In this document: piece after piece, positions 8,981 to 17,511 of the stretch
How the letters are laid out: every line of letters begins with the position of its first letter
Position numbering within the stretch: position 1 is the stretch's first letter
Assembly (NCBI GenBank): GCA_965195285.1
Contig: CBDAFS010000042.1
Location: forward strand, 1 to 42,188
From: an uncultured Aminicenantes bacterium
GTDB lineage: Bacteria; Acidobacteriota; Aminicenantia; UBA2199
Direction: 5' to 3'
Length of the DNA: 42,188 bases
Position numbers and translations under genes: made by a program
Notes under the pieces: generated by a model
The model's input: the letters and a program-made list of their open reading frames with translations, nothing else
What the model was told of the DNA's origin: nothing
The model's database searches: none

Positions 8981-10184
8981 AGGTAATATAACCTCCTAAA
9001 AAGTCATAACCACGGGAATAATTCTGAACATCTGACTCTACCCGGTAGGTTGAATATTCCAGTCCGATTCCCATTTTTTTAAATATCTTGATACCCACAA
9101 AAAAACGGGATTGTTGAATCCGGTCTTTTCTCATTATTTCGCTGTATTCCAGGTCCTTATAAGACATCAGGCCGGATCGAAATCTATACCCCAATTTTAA
9201 TTGACGGCTCAGGTAAAATTCAATGCCTCCGGTAACAGACTGTTGATTGTAATAAGAATCCGGTTGATAAAAGGAAAAGTAATTACCCATCAGGTATTCA
9301 ATACTAATTCTAAATCGCTTAAATACTATCGTTTTAACTTCACCTGACCCGTAGAAAGAGGAATAATCGCCATACAATGGGTTTTCAGGGTGATTCCATT
9401 GATACCCCAGTTCAAAAACTCCGGTAATATTTCCAATGATTGGAAATCTTAATCCCATAGACACTGACTCACCATCTCCGTCTCTATCCGGATAGTGTTG
9501 AAATCGATAGTTAAAATATCCCACATTTAAGAATAAAACAGTCCGGGAAAAGATGATTTTATTAAGATTCAGTCCCAGCCGGTACTGGGTCTGGTCCATG
9601 AGCTGAGAGAGATCATGATCACCTAAATAACTGTCATCCTCATATTGCATCCGATTCTGTTCTGCATACACAGTGATATAAAAACTCTGATGATTACCAT
9701 AATCTAAAGAAATCCTCTCATTGTCCATCAGATACCGTACGCGTACACCAAATTCAGCAGAGGGCCGGCGGCGAAGATTATTCCGATCCAGGGTGAATTT
9801 AAAGTTAAAGGGTCCCAAAAATGAATAAACGGAAAATCGAAATTCATTATTCCAGGCCTGTTCCTGTTTGTTATAGGCATAATAAGAATAATAGGGATGA
9901 TCGGTTACAACGAAAATGAAGCGTTTTCCCAACAGGGTTGACAGCCGGATGTTTACACCGAGATCAGCGGTCCAATCCGGCTCCGGATCACCATCATATT
10001 GATAAATATTGGTGTTATAACCCAGGTTTTCCAGGGTGAGCTGAGGCATGACATAAAAAAATCCGAGCCTGAATAGTGATTCCTTTAGAATTCGCTCTTT
10101 GACTCTGAAAAAATCATCCGCCAGATTATTCTGGAAAAAAAACAATACAGAAATAATAAATACGATTATTCGACAAAATAACAT
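8970..10184 (-). CDS. Outer-membrane beta-barrel protein, EPS-export associated
   Basis: Signal peptide, aromatic-rich alternating strands, C-terminal YDF, overlaps wza start. Confidence 0.75.
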   Translation of the reverse strand: MLFCRIIVFIISVLFFFQNNLADDFFRVKERILKESLFRLGFFYVMPQLTLENLGYNTNIYQYDGDPEPDWTADLGVNIRLSTLLGKRFIFVVTDHPYYSYYAYNKQEQAWNNEFRFSVYSFLGPFNFKFTLDRNNLRRRPSAEFGVRVRYLMDNERISLDYGNHQSFYITVYAEQNRMQYEDDSYLGDHDLSQLMDQTQYRLGLNLNKIIFSRTVLFLNVGYFNYRFQHYPDRDGDGESVSMGLRFPIIGNITGVFELGYQWNHPENPLYGDYSSFYGSGEVKTIVFKRFRISIEYLMGNYFSFYQPDSYYNQQSVTGGIEFYLSRQLKLGYRFRSGLMSYKDLEYSEIMRKDRIQQSRFFVGIKIFKKMGIGLEYSTYRVESDVQNYSRGYDFLGGYITYDF

Positions 10185-10189
10185 GGTGT

Positions 10190-10218
10190 ATTATACAGGA
10201 AAAGTTAAGATTTATGAA
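10190..10218 (-). promoter_or_regulatory. Sigma70-like promoter (probably leaderless) for barrel-wza
   Basis: TTCATA-17 nt-TATAAT ending 5 nt before the ATG at 10184. Confidence 0.5.
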
Positions 10219-10291
10219 TTTACTAAATAATTATTTGACTATAACTGGTTATTCGTAGTAATTCACTCACTTTGTTCGTGTAATTCATGGA

Positions 10292-10437
10292 AATTCGATT
10301 GTAACTCGTAAAACGTAAAGAGTGAAATATGAGATTTATTAATGACAAACTCTTTGAGTTCTTAATGACGCATGCTCTGCATGCAAATGACGCGAGCGAA
10401 GCGAGTAAATGACCAGTATATTTTGTTCTTAACTTCT
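10292..10437 (+). repeat. Composite dispersed repeat, copy C
   Basis: Direct repeat of 2783-2905; AATGAC at 10341, 10364, 10386, 10408; 10361-10437 is inverted relative to 12704-12788. Confidence 0.9.
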
Positions 10438-10438
10438 C

Positions 10439-10927
10439 TCACAACTCAGTCGGGCTCTGCTCGTCTTCGATGATCTTAATGATCAGGGCCGTACCGGCAA
10501 TGGTCATGGCAATACCGCAGGGCTCGATGAAAAACAGAAAGAAGGGCCGCTTTGGGGCCAGGTGAAAACTTCTGATCACGGTTTTGCCGCCGATGACATT
10601 GACCACCGATAGGGTTTGATACATCTTGCCGTTTTTGACCTCAATGGCTGCCTTGTACTTGCCTCCGGGAATCTCACCCATCTTATAATCACCGGTTTCA
10701 CCGGTGGGTTCGGATTTATAGGTCTTATCACCTTTTTTGGCCTTCACTTTTTTCAATATCACCCGGGCCTCCTCCAGCGGGGTTTTGCCATCCTTGTCAT
10801 AAACAAATCCCATCAGGTTGCCGTTCTGGCTCTGGCCGAAAACCGAGACCGGAAATACGAATCCGATCACAGCTATCATAAAAATAAAAAACATGTATTT
10901 TCTCAACATCCCAATTTTATGCATCAT
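10439..10927 (-). CDS. Exported carboxypeptidase-regulatory-like domain protein with C-terminal hydrophobic anchor
   Basis: Signal peptide, GNLMGFVYDKDGKTPLEEARV...G.Y...G.Y pattern, hydrophobic tail followed by EDEQSPTEL. Confidence 0.7.
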   Translation of the reverse strand: MMHKIGMLRKYMFFIFMIAVIGFVFPVSVFGQSQNGNLMGFVYDKDGKTPLEEARVILKKVKAKKGDKTYKSEPTGETGDYKMGEIPGGKYKAAIEVKNGKMYQTLSVVNVIGGKTVIRSFHLAPKRPFFLFFIEPCGIAMTIAGTALIIKIIEDEQSPTEL

Positions 10928-10956
10928 ACCCTCCTGTATTTCTCAATCAACATCCA

Positions 10957-11406
10957 TTAAATAATGATTAAAATCCCGAAAAATATCACCGCTAACACAC
11001 AATTGATATACCCTAACAGGGGCTTGCGGGGTTTGTAAAAAAATGACCGTTCTAAAACTTTTCCCTTGACAATCTTCACAATGGTCAGGGTCTTGGTAGG
11101 CTTCTTGCCGGATTTGGTGATCAGGCCGGCCTTATAAATCCCCTCGGGAACATTCTTGATTTCATAGTTGCCATTATCATCGGCGGGTTCGGACTTGTAC
11201 TGCTTTTCCTTTTTTTTATCCTTCTCAAGGGTGGTTAAAACAACCTGACACTTTTGGAACGGGGTCTTGACATCCTTTTTGTAAACCACCCCCATCATAC
11301 TACCAGTCTCTTCCTGAGCCAGCGTATTCAAGGGAAGAATTAATATTGAGAACACTAATACGGTCAGCCAGGTACCTGCTTTTCTGAAAAATGCTTTTTG
11401 ATTCAA
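10957..11406 (-). CDS. Paralogous carboxypeptidase-regulatory-like domain protein
   Basis: GSMMGVVYKKDVKTP...YKSEP...GNY...GIYKA shared with 10439-10927; C-terminal TM segment. Confidence 0.7.
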   Translation of the reverse strand: MNQKAFFRKAGTWLTVLVFSILILPLNTLAQEETGSMMGVVYKKDVKTPFQKCQVVLTTLEKDKKKEKQYKSEPADDNGNYEIKNVPEGIYKAGLITKSGKKPTKTLTIVKIVKGKVLERSFFYKPRKPLLGYINCVLAVIFFGILIII

Positions 11407-11407
11407 A

Positions 11408-12643
11408 TCACCCTCCTTGAGTTAACTTTTTTGTGGTTTCAATATAATAATCACAGTCTTTGTACCCCTGCCGGATACGGTTGACCTTTACCATCTCAAC
11501 CAAAGACTTCTGCCAGTTTTTCATCTTGAAATAAAGCACTCCCAAATTGTAAAAAACATCAATATGTTCCTGTTTTCTGCTGCTATAATAACGGGATTTC
11601 TTTAAAATTGCAATAGCCAAGTTGATTTTTTTTATTTTTTCATAATAACCGGCAGCCTGGAGATAAAAGTTAATCTCACAGGTTTGCGGATTTTTATGAC
11701 AACCCTTTATGATTTCACCAATTACTGGATTCTTGAGCTGATACCGGTTCCGGGCTTCCCCTAACAGATCCCGGCCGATAAAGGAATCGCCTTCAAATTG
11801 TTTAACCAGCTCGCTGAATCCTTTTTTACCGAATCTGGAGGCCAGCTCACCGATCAATCGCTGGCGTTCCGAGCGAACTTTTCGGATAATGGTTTCCAAC
11901 TTTTTTTTATCGGAAGGGTTTTCAATTTTTTGATAAAAGGCCATGGTTTGACCGTAGTTTTTGACAAAATAATAGGAAATAACCAGATAATACAAAACCT
12001 CATCCTGAAGCTCCGGGGATTTGGCCCTATACACCTTTCTCAGTTTTTCAATGCAATGCGTGTATTTCTTTTGTTCGAAACAGAGCCGGGCCTTAAGATA
12101 GTCAATCCGGATATCCTTTTTGTTCATTCGCTTGAGTTTTTTAATCTCGATTTCAGCTTTGGCATACTGATTGGCCTCAATATAATCCCGGACATTTTGA
12201 AAGATGGCTTCAAAACCCCTCATCAGGCTGATATTCTTTTTGACTGCGGGTATCCGGCCATCTGATTGGATTTTGGTAGCCGGTTTAAATACCGACAATA
12301 ACCGTTCCATATCCGATCGAAGCTGTTCCTGAACTTCCAGTTCCGAAAGCGCCGTTGACCCGAATTCAGTCCTGATTTCATTCAGTACCTGCTGAACCTC
12401 TTTGGCCTGATTCAGTTTAAAATGGGAAAGCGCTTCAAAAATATAAATCTCTTTCAATAACTCTCTGTCAGGCAATAAACCAAATTTGGCGATACGGAAA
12501 TTTTCCAGCGCCTGTTCAAATTGATTCTGAAAATACAGAGCCTTGCCTTTTTCCATCATCTGAACATAAAAAGGATCCGCCTCAGCTATTAAAAATAGTG
12601 CCATTAACAAACCGAGGAGCAATATTCCAAGCTTCATCTTCAT
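11408..12643 (-). CDS. Exported TPR-like protein
   Basis: Signal peptide from MKMKLG (ATG at 12643; the track's 12673 start overlaps the -10 box); helical TPR-like repeats such as FYNLGVLYFKMKNWQKS. Confidence 0.7.
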   Translation of the reverse strand: MKMKLGILLLGLLMALFLIAEADPFYVQMMEKGKALYFQNQFEQALENFRIAKFGLLPDRELLKEIYIFEALSHFKLNQAKEVQQVLNEIRTEFGSTALSELEVQEQLRSDMERLLSVFKPATKIQSDGRIPAVKKNISLMRGFEAIFQNVRDYIEANQYAKAEIEIKKLKRMNKKDIRIDYLKARLCFEQKKYTHCIEKLRKVYRAKSPELQDEVLYYLVISYYFVKNYGQTMAFYQKIENPSDKKKLETIIRKVRSERQRLIGELASRFGKKGFSELVKQFEGDSFIGRDLLGEARNRYQLKNPVIGEIIKGCHKNPQTCEINFYLQAAGYYEKIKKINLAIAILKKSRYYSSRKQEHIDVFYNLGVLYFKMKNWQKSLVEMVKVNRIRQGYKDCDYYIETTKKLTQGG

Positions 12644-12664
12644 ATTAGATTCTCTTTGATCCCC

Positions 12665-12692
12665 ATTATACAATGAATTGAAATTTTTTCAA
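12665..12692 (-). promoter_or_regulatory. Sigma70-like promoter
   Basis: TTGAAA-16 nt-TATAAT upstream of the ATG at 12643. Confidence 0.55.
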
Positions 12693-12703
12693 GAACAGAA
12701 GCC

Positions 12704-12950
12704 AGAAGTTAAGAATAATACAACTGGTTATTCATGGTCATTTGTGACCATTGGTCACGTCATTTGCATACAGAGCATGCGTCATAAGTTCACTACGTTC
12801 ACGTCATTAAGAGCTTCAGAGAACTGTAATGACAAGTTATGATAGTTCTTAATGACCAGAATCATAGGGTTTCAATGACAAGAATTTGATAGATATAATG
12901 ACAAGCTCTTTAGAGTTTAAATGACAAGCTCCAGAGAGTTCTAATGACCA
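12704..12950. repeat. Composite repeat copy D with head-to-head 22/23-nt periodic arrays
   Basis: GTCAT at 12737/12759/12781/12803 (period 22); AATGAC at 12828/12851/12874/12897/12920/12943 (period 23). Confidence 0.9.
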
Positions 12951-13038
12951 GTGATTTTTCACACTTTACTAATCATAAAAACATACCCATTTTAAATGGT
13001 AAATGATACATTTGACATGTAACATCTCACATTTTCTA

Positions 13039-14652
13039 TTAAAGAAACTTCACCTCAACCTTCACCTTCACCATTTCTTCCCTTTCTTTTAAATCAATGA
13101 CAATGGGAGAGGGTAAAGAGGAAATATATTCTTCATACCTGATGCGGCCATCGATAAACACCTGGATAATTTTCTTATCCCTTAATTGATTGATCAGGCC
13201 CGGATCTACGGAAATTCCAATTTCTTTTTTATCTATTAAAAACACTGAAAATGTTTCCTGTGGTTTATCTACAGTTAAAAACCGGCTCTGTTTTAGCCTG
13301 TCGACTTGTTCCCGGAACATCCCCTGTTTTTCCAGGTCATCATCACCCAAGACCTGCTGGATGCGAACCAGTCTCAGCCAGGCATCCGGGTTGTCCGGTG
13401 AAATCTTCAGAATATCTCTCAGGGTTGTATCGGCAACCGTGAGTAATTTTGAGGATTCATAGGCATCCGAAAGCAATAACAGGATGTTTACATAATCGGA
13501 CCTGTGGTCATCCTTTACAAAAGAGATGGATTTTCTCAGGGTTTCTATTTCGTCGATCATATCACTGAAGCCGCTCTGGCTGAATTTTATCCGGAATTTT
13601 AAATAGAGTGAGCCAAAATCATTGGCTTTAAAAAATCCTTTCCGGTTTAAAAAATTCTCGAGGTCCAGCAGGTCTTTTAGTTCAGGCCCGATTTCAATAT
13701 ACTCCGGAATCAACCGGTTGATCTCATTTTTGATGGCAGAGTTCATGTTTTCAGGATATTGATTGATCAGGGTCTGAATGCGCTTGTCAATCAACAGAAT
13801 TTTATGTTTTTGAAATCTTTCCCGATTGAATTTCTTATTGTTAGTGAGATTATCGTAGCATTTGATCTCCCGCAATTCATCTAATAATAAAAGCTCGAAC
13901 TCACTCCGGGATTCATTTACCGAAGGGCCCTGGCGATATTGTCGAATCACCCGGTTTAACACATGGGTTTCATAACCGGCTAAAAATGTCCAGCGCAGGT
14001 TCAACGGGCCTTCTAATTGGATTAACATCCGGGCTACCGGGGATAAAAATCCCGGGTTTTTATCCAGAAGCGTTTTCATAAACGGAATTTCCCTGGAATA
14101 GAGCCACCATAACTCAACCAGGGGTTTGAATTCCTCCCAGGAAAACCGGGACATGTATTTCAATAACATTCCCCGGGATAATTTTTTATCCGCTTCGGTT
14201 AACAGGGGCCACATGGAGAGCAATACTTCAGCGGTGTCTCTTACCATAAGTTTATTATTCTGATAAATTTCCACTGCCCGTTTGAGTTCCTTCACCCCTT
14301 TATCGAAAAACTCACTATGGGGATAATCATGGAATAGATAGGCTTTACCTAAATGGTGGTGGGAGAGGTGAAAAAAGGGATTCTGTCTGATGGATTTTTT
14401 AAACCAGCGGATGCTCTTTTCTAACAGTTTATTGTCTTTTTTATTAAATCCCTGTTCCAGCCAACCAAAGGCATATTTATAAGCAGAAAAATAATCCAGG
14501 GGGAAAAACCAATAACTGGCTTTTAAACATCTGGTTTTAATCGCCCTGTCCTGATTCTCAGCAATGAATAAAGAAACATGGGATACCAGCCGGCCGGTAA
14601 AGAAAATCACCCCTACAATCACCAAAACCTTCAGGAAAATCTTAGGTCTCAT
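13039..14652 (-). CDS. Membrane-anchored TPR-like protein (paralog of 20009-21826)
   Basis: N-terminal TM; FKKSIRQNP...HHHLGKAY; LLSMWPLL; FLAGYE; QVFIDG shared with the paralog. Confidence 0.75.
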   Translation of the reverse strand: MRPKIFLKVLVIVGVIFFTGRLVSHVSLFIAENQDRAIKTRCLKASYWFFPLDYFSAYKYAFGWLEQGFNKKDNKLLEKSIRWFKKSIRQNPFFHLSHHHLGKAYLFHDYPHSEFFDKGVKELKRAVEIYQNNKLMVRDTAEVLLSMWPLLTEADKKLSRGMLLKYMSRFSWEEFKPLVELWWLYSREIPFMKTLLDKNPGFLSPVARMLIQLEGPLNLRWTFLAGYETHVLNRVIRQYRQGPSVNESRSEFELLLLDELREIKCYDNLTNNKKFNRERFQKHKILLIDKRIQTLINQYPENMNSAIKNEINRLIPEYIEIGPELKDLLDLENFLNRKGFFKANDFGSLYLKFRIKFSQSGFSDMIDEIETLRKSISFVKDDHRSDYVNILLLLSDAYESSKLLTVADTTLRDILKISPDNPDAWLRLVRIQQVLGDDDLEKQGMFREQVDRLKQSRFLTVDKPQETFSVFLIDKKEIGISVDPGLINQLRDKKIIQVFIDGRIRYEEYISSLPSPIVIDLKEREEMVKVKVEVKFL

Positions 14653-16021
14653 GTCGAAATTTCCTCTTGTACAATACCATTTTAAATCCCAAGGCTAAAA
14701 TCAACACAAAGATAAAACCATTGGCCGGAGTCCTGAGCGCAAAATCAAACAACTCATGAAACCCGGCTGCCAGAATACTGACTAAAATAGCCAGTCCCAT
14801 CACCCTGACCTCAGGATGCTGCCTCTGCCGCCACATCCTGAAAAGCGAAACCAATAACAACCCTAAAAAGGCCATAAACAATCCGAAACCTAAAATGCCT
14901 CCGTCAACCAGGTGTTCCAGGTACTCATTATATGGATGAATCAATTTGGATTCATCTCTTTGGGTCCGGCACTGAAAGGAGATGTTTTTAAAATTTCCAT
15001 TTCCAATGCCAAAAATGGGAAACCGGGAATAAACCTTCCAGCTGTCCTGCCAGAAATCAGAACGGACATTTCCCTCCCGGTCCGCACGATTGACATCGGA
15101 CATGGTACTCTGAAGCGCAAACAGAATAGCTAACAGGGTAATCACCAATACCACCCAGCGCAGGGTTTGATGTGACATTGAAATCAGTTTCACCCGGAAA
15201 TATATAAATCCCACAGCCATTAAACAGACAGAAAGAAACAGAATCATGCGGCCGCTCACGGATTTACTCAATACAATCCCACCGACTGTACCTAAAGAAA
15301 CCAGAGCATAGAATATCAACACCCGGTTTTTAAGAAAAACCCGCCATAATTCAATACCCATTGAATCCCAGGGTCGTTCAATATAGAGTTTAACCAACAT
15401 CAATCCGATCACCAGGGGAAAAATCATCTGAAGATAAAAGGCTAAATGGTCCGGACTTAAAAAGGTACCGTTCATGAACCGGGAAGTGTTCCCCGTTTTA
15501 TAAAAGAACAGAAAAAAGTGATCGCTCCGTAATAACCATTTTATTAAACCGAGTCCCACCTGAAAAAAAGCTGAGATAGTCAGCACATGAATCAGGGAAT
15601 ACATTTCCTGTTTTTTTAAATCCTGATGCATTAATACCCAGAAAAACAAACCCATTACCATCAGCCGCATGACAAACATCAGGGTATCAGCCGGTACCAG
15701 AGAGAGGGAATGAAACAAAACGGGTTCGGCACTCATACTATCCAGAATATCTACAGTAGAGGGCGAGAAAATGTTCAGCAAAAAACGGGGTAAAGGAACC
15801 ATCTGAAAAAGTGTGTAAGCAAAAAACAAACCGCCCAATAACCGGATCTTTCTTTCATATAAAATTTCAATTCGTTCCTGAATACCCCCCAGGGCCATAC
15901 CGGATATCACCAACACAACCAGATAAAACAAAGGCGACCAGATTCGGGTGGCACATCCGAAAGTGAGGGGAGACAGCAGAATCAGGGCTTTGATACAGAT
16001 AAGGAATTTGTCTTTACTCAA
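14642..16021 (-). CDS. O-antigen ligase/Wzy_C family membrane protein
   Basis: Many TMs; R..W.DS...FPIFGIGNGNF; HPYNEYLE..DGG; HELFDFALR. Confidence 0.85.
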   Translation of the reverse strand: MSKDKFLICIKALILLSPLTFGCATRIWSPLFYLVVLVISGMALGGIQERIEILYERKIRLLGGLFFAYTLFQMVPLPRFLLNIFSPSTVDILDSMSAEPVLFHSLSLVPADTLMFVMRLMVMGLFFWVLMHQDLKKQEMYSLIHVLTISAFFQVGLGLIKWLLRSDHFFLFFYKTGNTSRFMNGTFLSPDHLAFYLQMIFPLVIGLMLVKLYIERPWDSMGIELWRVFLKNRVLIFYALVSLGTVGGIVLSKSVSGRMILFLSVCLMAVGFIYFRVKLISMSHQTLRWVVLVITLLAILFALQSTMSDVNRADREGNVRSDFWQDSWKVYSRFPIFGIGNGNFKNISFQCRTQRDESKLIHPYNEYLEHLVDGGILGFGLFMAFLGLLLVSLFRMWRQRQHPEVRVMGLAILVSILAAGFHELFDFALRTPANGFIFVLILALGFKMVLYKRKFRHET

Positions 16022-16033
16022 TTTTTATTCCTT

Positions 16034-16068
16034 GAAGTTAAGAAGATAAGAAGTTTCGAAGTTGAGAA
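16034..16068 (+). repeat. 8-mer tandem repeat (GAAGWTNN), left arm of 4HB-1
   Basis: GAAGTTAA GAAGATAA GAAGTTTC GAAGTTGA. Confidence 0.85.
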
Positions 16069-16106
16069 TATTTTTCCTAAAAACATTTTATTAAAATTAC
16101 AAAACT

Positions 16107-16487
16107 TTAGAAACAAAATTTTTCTGCCTTTTTTTCCATTGAATTCAACTTAGAAATTATTTTTTCATATTCTTCATCTAATTCTGAAAATAGTTCTTTA
16201 TTAATAAATTTACATGCCAGACAGAAATCAAACCAAGACTGGGTTTCTGATGCCTCCTGCATTGAATCTGTCAACTTGTTTTTAAAAACAGCAATATATT
16301 TTCTTTTTTTCCAAGCTTCTGCTAAATTTGAACAAACAGACCGTGATGAGCGCCTTATTTGACTCACAAGTGAATATTTTTCTTCATCAGGAAAAGATTT
16401 TGTCATTTCATAGATTTTCATTGCAGCAGTAAATGCTCTTTGATATACATCCAAATCCCTGAAATGTTCAATGTCTTTCTTTTTCAT
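16107..16487 (-). CDS. Four-helix-bundle protein (23S rRNA IVS/Avd-like family), 4HB-1
   Basis: FRDLDVYQ...FPDEEKYSLVSQIRRSSRSVCSNLAEAW..EASETQSW. Confidence 0.92.
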   Translation of the reverse strand: MKKKDIEHFRDLDVYQRAFTAAMKIYEMTKSFPDEEKYSLVSQIRRSSRSVCSNLAEAWKKRKYIAVFKNKLTDSMQEASETQSWFDFCLACKFINKELFSELDEEYEKIISKLNSMEKKAEKFCF

Positions 16488-16530
16488 CTTCTAATCTTCA
16501 GAACTTCTGATCTTCTCATCTTCCCATCTT
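16486..16530 (-). repeat. 8-mer tandem repeat (AWCTTCNN), right arm of 4HB-1
   Basis: ATCTTCTA ATCTTCAG AACTTCTG ATCTTCTC ATCTTCCC; overlaps the 4HB start codon and the PHP stop codon. Confidence 0.85.
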
Positions 16531-17340
16531 ATTTCTAATCATATCAAAGAACTTCACTTTCTTCTGTGGATCCCTGGCTTCACCGATATCGGGAACGGCT
16601 TTATCTTTTAAAATGGCCTCCGGTATCTTCTTAAACAATAGATCTGCCTTATCAGGATCGATCTCTTTAAAATGGGAATAAACCGAAGAAAGTTTAGGGG
16701 GGCGGTGTTTAATCGAATGGGCATCCGATGCCACCACATGAACCAGGTTATGCCGGATCAATTGAAGGGCAGAGGTCCGGGCCTCGGGACCGAACTGTCC
16801 CTCCAGGCTTCCGGCATTAACCTGGGACAGGGCTCCCTGTTCGACCATTTCAAATAGAATACGGGGGGTTCTCTGGATCACCTGGTTGCGTTCCGGATGG
16901 GCAATGATGGGAATCCAGCCCTCCATCAATATATTAAAAATAAACGCTTTGACTCCGGGAAATATAAAATCAAAGGGAAACTCTAAGATAAAAAAGCAAC
17001 TCTGATTCAGGGTCAGTTGTTTGTCATATGTTTTTAACAACAAACTCAGGTTGGATGTAAAAAACACCTCGGCGCCGGACAACACCCGAAGCTTAAAATC
17101 AAACAACCTGACTTTATCTAGGAATTCCTGCCTCTTCTCTAATATGGTTTCCACCTGTTTTTCAATATTGAGTTTGCTGAACACATGGGGCGTGGCCACG
17201 ATAGTGTCAATTCCATCGGCTTCGGCCATCTGCAGCATGTCCATGGATTCTTTTTCAGACTTACTCCCGTCATCCACCCCCGGAACAATGTGAGCATGGA
17301 GGTCAATCAGGCCAGTTGGTTTTTTGTTTATCTGTTCCAT
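16516..17340 (-). CDS. CpsB/CapC PHP-family tyrosine phosphatase
   Basis: IDLHAHIVPGVDDG, VATPH, IAHPERN, ASDAH. Confidence 0.93.
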   Translation of the reverse strand: MEQINKKPTGLIDLHAHIVPGVDDGSKSEKESMDMLQMAEADGIDTIVATPHVFSKLNIEKQVETILEKRQEFLDKVRLFDFKLRVLSGAEVFFTSNLSLLLKTYDKQLTLNQSCFFILEFPFDFIFPGVKAFIFNILMEGWIPIIAHPERNQVIQRTPRILFEMVEQGALSQVNAGSLEGQFGPEARTSALQLIRHNLVHVVASDAHSIKHRPPKLSSVYSHFKEIDPDKADLLFKKIPEAILKDKAVPDIGEARDPQKKVKFFDMIRNKMGR

Positions 17341-17351
17341 TTTTAAACAAT

Positions 17352-17480
17352 GAAGTTATGAAGATGTGAAGTTAAGAAGATCATAACAGATTCTATAAAA
17401 AACAAATTTTCGTAAAAAGTAAAATGTAAAAAGTGAAACTTGAATAATGTTTTCACGCATTACGTCTTCACGTATTACGT
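17352..17480. repeat. 8-mer GAAGWT array plus 7-mer hairpin (copy of 446-510)
   Basis: GAAGTTAT GAAGATGT GAAGTTAA GAAGATCA; CGTAAAAAGTAAAATGTAAAAAGTGAAACTT...TTTCACGCATTACGTCTTCACG resembles 451-510. Confidence 0.8.
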
Positions 17481-17511
17481 TTTCGAGCCTCTACTTAATT
17501 ACCAGAACTTC

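Noticed and set aside
12737-12950. CRISPR array
   Set aside because: The constant part is only ~6-9 nt, linkers are 16-17 nt and related to each other, and there are no cas genes.
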